Source of the DNA: Balanoglossus misakiensis
Lineage: Eukaryota; Animalia; Hemichordata
DNA length: 64,000 bases
Assembly (NCBI GenBank): GCA_040954595.2
Contig: CM082587.2
Location: 464,617-528,616, forward strand
Direction of reading: 5' to 3'
Shown here in pieces: positions 54,501-64,000 of the stretch (positions are counted from its first letter, which is position 1; each line of letters opens with the position of its first letter). A program made the position numbers and the translations under genes. Under the pieces are notes generated by a model, which saw only the letters and a list, made by a program, of their open reading frames with translations, did no database searches and was not told the origin of the DNA.

Positions 54501-57500
54501 TAAAGCATGATGCAGAATATTAAAAGTCCACAGTTTGACAGTCAGCACAATGAGTAAAAGTTAAGCTTTTCAGTTGATGCGGTATTAATAATTTCTGTAG
54601 ACTACAGAGAACATTTTTATTTTCATCAAGCTTCTGATGGGATTGTTGTAAAATGGGATTTTAATATCAATTTTGTCACAATGTCTAATGAAGATGTTGT
54701 AATGTTATAGTACTATTGATTCCCGTCTGCGTCACAGACTATTGATAACCAGTTTCATTGAAGGATTAAATACACTACAGTGAAAATGGGATGCAGATGT
54801 AATTTAGCGTACACACCAGGCCCAGGTTATTGATTTCATAAGCACATATATGATGATATCCTACTTGTCCCATGTATTGATCTCTCCTGCCTGGAATGAT
54901 TCCGTCATCATTGTACTGCTGAAATTACTCGACATATCAGCTGTCATCAAAGGATGACCGCTGATGGTAAACAGGCAAAGTGTTATGTAGGACGCTGTGG
55001 AAGTTTAGTGCAGTGCATTGCCTTAGAAGAATAATGCAACTGGAAATTGTAATGTAAATGGGATTTGATTACTTACAGTACGCTGCTAGGATAATACACT
55101 TGCGAATCTCGCTAGATACGCCATAACGTGCACTCTTCGACAGATATGTTGTTGGGAGCTGAGGTGCATGTTAAGCAATTCAAGCCCACACATTAATGGT
55201 TCTGTTTATGTAAGGCATAATCTTTTTATTCAACCCACAAAGCACTGCATATTAAGAATGAAGCAACCCCACATCACTGCATGTAGCTATTTCAACCTGT
55301 CCAATTAAGCTGCTTTTATCCATGGCTTTTTTAGCTAGAATAAAACCAGGACCGACATGTGCAATGTATATCAGTGACCCTAGCACATCATTGTACATGC
55401 ACCATATGTATAATAATGTACATTGATTGGTAAGACCTATTAAGTTATTGATATTGGAATACCATACAAGTATTAAAGACAAAGATATATATACTTTCAC
55501 TTGGCAGAGTAGCTGCAAATATATCAAGTTACGGGAGGCGAATGTTGCTTTTCAGCTTGTGTGATCAATATGGGCTACACTGTACAAATGTTAATCTTCG
55601 TATTTGCAATGCAAGCTATTAGTTTTTGCAGCATAAGTACGTATACATATAGTAACTCCAGCAAAGATACCGATGGTTCAGGATGTGTTATGATTAAATG
55701 ATAGACAACACCATTAGACAGAGCCAATTGATCCAAGCTGGTGGTTTGCATTGAAGGTTCATGTTTGGGCAGAAATTGATTATTTGTGATTTATTTATGT
55801 TTGAATACATATGGCATTGTGACTGTTATATTATTACAGCCCTTGGCATTAACTGAGATTTTAATAAAATTGGTTTCCTAGTAACAGCTGTGACTTAGAA
55901 AGTTTCCCTCCAGAATGCTATCTTTGCCTTCAAAGCATAGTGATACAGGAATTGTGTATTTATTTTCTTCAGGAACATGTACTATAAAATCTGAAATATT
56001 CATTTTCCCTTTATTACTATTGATGATAAAAAATAGAAAGTCTATTTCTGGTCATGGTATTTCTTTATCAGAAGATTAAAGCATATATCATTCAAAGGAG
56101 CTTCCTTGTTTGATAATGATTAAAGTCTTTAGAGACTTTCCAATCTGTTCAATTTCTTTGTTTTCTTGAATTGAAAACATCTCTGCAAATGGATAGCTTT
56201 CAATTCTTTGATTGACTTTGTTTAAAGAAGTAAGAGATAGTGATGTTACACAGGCAATTCAGTCTCTCTAGAAAATCAGTGCAGTTTATTCATCCTATTT
56301 GAAAATTGGATGCAGAAAACTTTTCTTAATAATAGTATATTAAATGAATATTGATTATTAATTTGAACACATTAATATTCATTACATTTCTGCTTTACTC
56401 TTTCTGTCATCTTGATGGAATTTACTTTGTACTTACACATTTGTATGCATTGGTTTCGAATTTGCTTGATGTAAGTACATCACCTGGGGAAATGGATTTC
56501 CATTCACTCTCAACTGGTGGACAACCGGAGACGGCTTTTGCTGAAAGTGATGGCTGGGTGTTTTGGTAAATACAATATCCTTCATGTAAAGAGGCTTGGT
56601 TGTGGAAAGCTGGAAAAAAGTCTGCTCAAAGAGAAAAATGTGTCGGCAGGAGTTAACTTCCTGTTGGAACACACATTGCAGGAGAGCACACATTCGAACA
56701 AATAATAGTAGTTGATCGCAGTTAGTTTCTGTTGCAATAATGATTTCTGTCACTTATTTGTCAGACAGTAGTTGAATTTAGATGCTTATCACTTATTTGG
56801 AAGTGTAATACTCATCTTAAAACCATGCAAAATGTATCAGCAGTCTTGCTGGTCACAAACTACTTGGCTATCACCATGCCTCCAAACCCCCACGGAAAAA
56901 AGAGTCGACTAAGCCCTAGATAAGAAGGTGGCCTAGCTGTGGTCACATTATGAATTACCCTCAACCTGACCTTCTCTCCACTGAGTGTGTTAATTATGCT
57001 TGAATCAACAAGCAATTCAGATAAATATATCAGTTTCATCTATTGGGCAAAGCACTTGGTTCATCCATTTGCATGTGTTCAAAACCTTATAGTTTTGGGA
57101 TTTTTTACTGGGATAACAAAAACTGAAATTTGTTAATCGAAAATGAAGTTGATATTTAAAGAGTATGAGGCGTTAAATGAAGTGAAAGGAAATCAGAAAG
57201 AAGCACTCAGTGTCGTGTGCACTTTTTACAAATGACGCAGTAGATCAGTTTGGATCTGAAAGTAGAGTTTGCTTCAGGGGCACCACAGTTGAAAATTTTC
57301 ATCAATCTGTCATGCTGATGATGAGATAGTCAGAGATACAGAAAAGTTGTCAGCTCACTTATTGCTGAAACCTTCAAAGATAAGACGATAGCATCATTTG
57401 AGATTCTCTTTCAGATAATAGGATTAAATTTGTTGCTGGAAACTAGGGTTTGCCTAACAGCATCTCTGCTGAAATTGAAGTCTGGAGTATCCAACATGGA

Positions 57501-60500
57501 GAGTTTGATCAGTGTGTGAAAACTAGCGTAGTTCGCATGATTGCTGTACTGCCAACTCTAGTTGCAACTGAGCAACATTTTTTCTAGGGTGAGAAAATTG
57601 AGAGTGTAAGATGTCTGGAGTTAGGAGGTGCATTCATTGGTTAAGTAAATGAATGTGAGAGATGAGCAGTCAACATATAATTTTAGACGAAATACATGAA
57701 GTACTTTGGATTTTTTGAGGTTGAAACGGAAAGTTCTCACTTCTGCTCATGCTGTTTGGTTGGATGAGATCTGAAATGCACAATGGAGCCAACTCACGTT
57801 GCTCTTTATGAGTGATTAGCTGGATTTTATTAAAAATGGATTCTGCTAGTGACTGGAAGCCGGTGCAGCTGTTGGATTATAGGCAAGATATGAACATAAT
57901 TCTTCTTGCTTGTGGGTAACGAGAGCAGTAGCTCTAATTCTGGGCTCGCATTGGCAGATTGAGTTGAATGGCTGCATGGCAATTAAGCTGTTGAGCGTTG
58001 GAATAGTTCAGTTTAGTGACAAGGGTCAAATGCATCAATTTGAACTTTGTGCAGCAAATTTTGGCTATACTAAGGTTTTCCTTGTTGAGCTAACTCTGTT
58101 TTAATTCCATGGTGAAAAATTAAAGTGGTGATTGTTATGAAAACATGATACTACACCACATTTTATTCTCTATTTTCAAAACATACATCAATATAGCAAA
58201 GAATTGAAAAGGGCTGCAAGTAAGATTTCTTAAGAACTGTCCCTGAGCTGGGCACTACCTTGAAATGAGAATATTTGATTTCATCCAACTTCTAACATTA
58301 TCCAGAATGGTTGAGAACTGAAAAGATCCCAGCAGACAAAATGTCTTGTCTCACAAACAACAGACACACGAACACAAATGCCTTGAGATGCCATGAGGGA
58401 GGATAGCTATGCAGGCTACGTGACATATGGGCCAAAAATCCCAAGTTCACTCGAAGAAACATCACACTCAATTCAATTGATTCTTAATATAGAAACCAGC
58501 AGTATTCCAGTGATTTCTGAGACATGTCAGTGTTTGTAATTTGCCATTTGTGCGCAAGAAAGTCATCAATGGATCTGATCTTATAAAGGCATCCATCAAT
58601 CGTGCATTCTGTAATAAACTTAGTCATGGATAAGTATTAACAACTGATGTAGGTGTGTATGCACACACAGTTATTCCAGGCAAGAGTTTCCCCTCAAGCA
58701 AACTCTGACTAATAGGTCTTGACATTTCCTGTGGAGGTGACTGAAATAGACCTTGACGCTGAGTGTTAATATGCCTCGATGACCATTCTGATATTCTTGC
58801 ATGCAAACACTGATGTGACCTAATTCCCAGGTTCAGTTCTATTTTAAGTTTTCATGGTTTAAACTCAGAAATAATTCAAACAAATGAATGCAGAACTTTT
58901 TATGCAGTAAAGAAGGTGCACCCTTACTGTTGCTATGAGTTGTCATAATCATGACATCGAAAATGGAAATATTGAGGCAAGTGATTTAAATTTACAATTT
59001 TAGTCAATTTGGATTTCCATTATGGTCAAAGGTCTTTTCAAAGTAATGTCAATCAAAGTGTATGTTCTGTAAGTCTCCTGTTTTAACTTCTTCATCTTTG
59101 ACAGCTGGAGTGCTTTAGGTCAGAGAAATCACTTTGACTGTTTCAAGACAGCGTACTCATGTGCTTTTGATGTCTTTACATTTGTCTCTCATTATGTATG
59201 GGATTCTCCAAGCCACTTTGGCATGCCTCAGCTCTGTCAGTTTGTGGCATTCCCCTCTGGTCCAGATCCAGGTTATAAATTGAGCTTCCTGCATGGATGG
59301 AGCCATCATTCAGTCTATCTGTCTGTTTGGCTGTCCACCTAAACCATTCGTTTTCCATCAAGATGCATTATATGGGCCAAGGTATTTCCTTTGTACAGTT
59401 TATTTTAAAAAAATGTTTTCTTTTTGTGAATTATTTTTAAAATTCATCATGAACACTTACAAGACAATAATAGTAAACTACATTTCTTTATTATGGTGGT
59501 GGTCTACCCAAAAATGACCTTGGCAGTGATACTGTGATATAAAAATACATGCAGTATTTTAAACCATGTATGAACATTCATGTTTATATTACATCTGACA
59601 GACCTTATCAGAGAATAAGGAAGCAATACCCGAAGGGCTTATCAGACAATGTTTGATTGGAGTGTTAATGGGGTGATTAAATCTACTGAAAACTAATTGT
59701 CAGAACTAATTAAGGTTACAGAGAACACATACTTGAAGATTTCAGGGCTTTCATTCTAAGCTTGACAATTGTAAAGCATATTACTTTCATCACAGCCAGA
59801 GGGCACTGAATCCCTAAAGGGGTTACAGCTGATAATGAAGGTCTGATAGAAGTGTACGTACATGTAGATTTATATGTACTGCTTATAACACAAAACAGAT
59901 GTTACAATTAAAGGCAACACTGTGGTACATTAAATACATCTACACACTGATGTCATGGGAAATGGGAAGAAAAATGGCAGGCCTGGTCGGCAAATTAGAA
60001 AACATAAGTCTGTAATCAATGATTTGGTTCTTAAAAGGCAGAGTAGACCATTACCAAAGAATCTAAATCTCAATACAATTACCAGCGATTGTTGGGCATG
60101 GAGTTGTGAAATAGAAGTTAGATGAGATCCATGGAGATCTGGGAATTTGGTGACCCAGAAAGGTCACCTGGGGATATATGAGATCATTTGACACTCTGTT
60201 GGGATTTGGGTGGTTTCAGGTCAAGCCATGCGTGGTTGATGGTCGACTGATGACTTGTCATCTATAAAGACAAACCTGTCAAGAATTTTATGTTGAACAA
60301 ATGTACAATTAAACGGTGTTCATCTGTGATTAGGTATTAGAGACCAGAGAAGCTGATTGTGGAACAGATTTCTTTACCTGTTGTTAAAACAGTAAGCTGA
60401 TTGTGTCACAGCTTTGTACTTATAAAAAGAAACTAAACAATATTTTACTGGAAACATACACCATTGCTGAGTAATATCTGCTGTTTGTGTATTCTGTATC

Positions 60501-62614
60501 TGTCATCTAGAGTGACAATATGCTGAACATGTGTTCATGTGTAGATCTCGTTTGTTGGGGAAAGGCGAAAAACCATGCAATTCCATCCAAACCTGTTAGA
60601 ATTCTGTGAATGTAAAATCAATTTCTGTTTTGAATAGAAACATCTGGCCGAGTGTATGGATGCATACTAAACTTTTGTTATTGTTGTTTTAATCACCAAT
60701 CCATACAGTTGCAGTCCTAATTGACAAAAATATGACAACCATGCGAAATTTTCAATAGCCGTAGTTGTGGTTTCAGTATGGAGAAAAACAGGCTGGATTT
60801 TGTCGCTGCGTCAAGTTCTAGAGAGACTATTAGTTGGATAATGGGTTATGGTGAACTTCATGCGTGAAATTGCTTGGCTGTATTCATAACAGGTGAATGG
60901 CCAAATACCCTGGCCTCAATTAAGATTGACAAAAGTTCTTGTGAGCGCAATTGCATTGCTGAGACTGAAATTGAAAACTGCATTCAGGGGTCAGGGGTTA
61001 GGTGCATAATGGAATCAAACTTGGAGATTGAAGGCTGATCCTGTTGTTGGAAGCTGATCTGCATGACCTTATGAATAAATGTGATTCAAGGCCAAATCAG
61101 AGAAAAGTGTATCAAATTTGACAAGCAGTGAATGTAGGTCATATATACTTCGGAAAAAAATGCAAAACAAATAAAGATGTAATGAAACGAGGGCAGCATA
61201 TAGCCTGTCAGATAAAGTACATGCATGTGTTTGCTTTCATCGTGATGTTTGATGTTGTAGTGGCCATTGGTGAGGGTGTCTATAATGCTGAATTTAAATT
61301 GATGTGTAATGGGCCGGCTGTAATTGACAAATTGAAAATCAGATGCTAAGAGTCATATCGATGTAGATAAGTTCAACTCCAGTGATCTGTGTATAAATTA
61401 CACATCCCAACTTGAACTAAAGTGTAGGTGTTCAGTTCATATATGGTTACTTTGCACAAGTGATAGTGTTGTTATCTGAGATGGTACATCCATCTATCGG
61501 GGGTAGTGTTGGAGTGTTAGTAAGTACATTCTTTAGATGTCAGTGTTAATATCATCATCCCTTCTTTTAATATAATCAGGTGTCTATACCTGTTGCAGGT
61601 ACAGTCCTTTCAGTGAATGATTTCAAACAACAGACCAAGTTTTCTAAGAGTAAATGGATGATCAAGTTCTGAGCTGTTGACCTGTTCGGGACAATTGGGG
61701 AAACATGGCTCTCTTTATTGATATCCCAGACTTCAGCTGATGTGGATCACAGTGGTTAAAAAAGTCGTATAGTTTCAGGGTGTGTTTTAGCGATCTAATT
61801 TAGCACGGCCTCGGTTACCCCTTGTGAGATCTTAAACACAAGAAAGTGCAAGAATGTTGATCCAGAGTGATTGGTTTGAAAGGCAGTGATGTTTTATGGG
61901 AACAGTTAGAGATGGTTTAAAGTCAAGCAAGTGGAGACATCTGTAGACAAACCTGCCAACCAGACTGATACTAAAAAGAAAATCGCCTTGGACATTAATC
62001 TACATTGCTGTGTAAAATACAAAACATAAACTTTGATAGGTGCATGGCTTTCAACTCCATTTGAAAGCCTAAAGAAGTTGACTTCTTTGAGTGTGCACAG
62101 AAGAGAGATAGCTCTCAAATGATTGCAATTAAACTCTATGTGGATAAACATTACTTGTCGTAAAATAGCCAGAGAATTAACCTGAGGTGATATCGTCTGG
62201 CCTCCCGAGTACAGTGTCACTGACTTTAACATGTTTGTCTTCTTAGATGGATTCACTGGAAAACAGTGGTATTTACAGCATACTTCATGGTTGCTGGGGA
62301 AACTAGAACTCCCAATTATCCCTTAGGTCTCTCCAAACTGTTTTGATGAAAGAAAGAGTTATTAGGTACATTGTGTAGTCAGGAGTACAGATAAGAGGTG
62401 GTCACCAAAAACAAATGGCTACTTTATCTTGTGCTGTCATCTCTGCCAGTATTTTCTTAGCACAATTACATACCTCTTTATGCTAGTCGAAAGTGTGTGA
62501 AAGAGGTGCTATGGGTGTGCTAGGTTTATGCCAACAATATGATAAAAAGTGCTAGCATACTGTCAGCATTTTGCTAGGTGTTACTATGTCTGTACTGTAC
62601 ATTATCATAAAGTC

Positions 62615-62716
62615 CAGACAGACAGACAGACAGACAGACAGACATAGAGATCGACAGAAAGACAGACACTATGTGAATTCCCATAAGCTCCCACCCTGCT
62701 AGCAATGGAAATAAAT
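62615..62716. repeat. (CAGA)n tetranucleotide repeat with decayed tail, possibly the end of a DINE-1/HINE-like element
   Basis: About 7 perfect CAGA units at 62615-62644, degenerate to ~62667, followed by a weak inverted repeat and an A-rich end. The microsatellite is certain; the element assignment is tentative. Confidence 0.7.
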
Positions 62717-64000
62717 TTCAGCGTATACTTACATACCTAACTACATAAAAATAATAAAAGCATTTGGAATAATAAGTCATTTGAACTTTTAATATTTCTC
62801 AGTATAATATGAAAGCAATCATTAGATTAATGATAACAATAATAAAAGGAAAGTAATGTCATAATAACTGAAATATCGGAGCATTAAATGACTCAGTGAA
62901 GCCATTCTTATAAATACAGATTTACTGAATTAACAATCAGCCGTGATGTGGAATTAGCAGGGAGTCGGTCAAAATGCCCAACTGTGAACAGCGTGTGACT
63001 GGCTATGAAGCCAACACCAATATTATTATCATGATCTAAGGGTTAAACTGCCTATATTGCTTTTCCCAAGCCTTGTCACTCACAAATCATTGGTGCTAGC
63101 TGTTCTATCTTCTTGATCAACTGAACTCAGAATGGTATATTGTAATGACTGTTAAGGTTTACTCATCACAGAATTACATGAATATATTTACATGTGAAAG
63201 AAAAATATTAAAATTTAATTTCCTGTGATAATCAACAAACCATGGACTCATGTAAGTTGGCGTCCATGTTTATAATTCTTAAGATGGCCCTAGAGAATGT
63301 GTAAACAGTATGAACTTGCGTAGAATTTACTGTCCCCCTTGCATATAATTTCTGAAAGCACCCTTGAGACTATCCAATAGAGATTTAATAGCATGGGATC
63401 AAAGCTGTACACTGGAAATTTATAGTCTTATTAAATACTTAAAACTTCCTGAGCAATTTGCAGATTAAGGATTCTTGAATATTTATAGCTCAATTACTTT
63501 GAGAAGGCAATGTTTGCTTTGATGATAAGCAAGTATATTCTCTGAATGTATTGTACACATAGTTTCTACATGCGGCAAAGACAGTCAATTATTGTTTCAG
63601 TAGATGCAGTTTTACTAAGACTGGTAATTGAATAGGCCAAAGGAGATTGTTTTTGATGTGAAATAAAAGTTTATTCAAAGTAAATGATGAGCCACATGAA
63701 TTTATATTATTGAAGTTAATGTTCTATAAGTTGCACAATAAGCCAAATGTTTAATTCACTGCACACTTTATAGGTTTATGGACATCAGGTAGAATGGGTT
63801 GGATGGTTTTGATGAAATAACATGATACATGCATTGGTAGGAATAAAAGTTAGACAGAAAATCATAATGGAAAACTTGATATAGAAAAGAGACATATAGT
63901 TTGATGTGAAAACATAAATAGAACTGCAAAAGAGATATCAGTTGAGCCAATACTGAAATTTTATATGCAGTTCCTAGAGGATTTAAATGATTGTGATGAG

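Larger units (their letters stand above)
14649..64000 (+). other. first intron of GABBR1 (>49 kb; next exon not found in the window)
   Basis: No phase-0 acceptor followed by a CDPG-like continuation was found by eye. All ORFs here are short and lack recognisable domains. Small nested genes could have been missed. Confidence 0.65.

Noticed and set aside
15000-64000. Numerous 60-130 aa ORFs in the large intron; also looked for tRNA, rRNA, conserved miRNAs, CRISPR arrays and retroelement ORFs
   Set aside because: No domain motifs and no consistent exon chains; many ORFs begin at non-ATG codons. No RNA gene or array was recognised by eye.

Overview
AT-rich, spliced animal (bilaterian invertebrate-type) genomic DNA; the organism cannot be fixed from sequence alone. 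The first 14.7 kb is gene-dense and was reconstructed by hand from GT-AG junctions. It holds: (1) the 3' end of a type-B carboxylesterase/cholinesterase-family gene ending in KDEL; (2) a complete five-exon, two-transmembrane NIT-domain guanylyl cyclase (NIT-GC) whose metal/phosphate-binding half-site is degenerate; (3) a four-exon CCN-family gene lacking the IGFBP module; (4) a complete ten-exon ZNHIT6/BCD1 gene on the minus strand; and (5) head-to-head with it, the first coding exon of a GABA-B receptor subunit 1 gene. The remaining ~49 kb appears to be one GABBR1 intron with no credible coding exon. It contains a TA-flanked MITE, microsatellites, a local duplication and candidate regulatory or structural motifs. 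Best leads: the half-site-degenerate NIT-GC (predicted heterodimeric NOx-sensing receptor cyclase), a uORF joined to the GABBR1 start by a T9 run and a TGATG stop/start overlap, and chains of TA-flanked palindromes resembling transposon excision footprints. All identifications are by motif recognition; no database searches were run.
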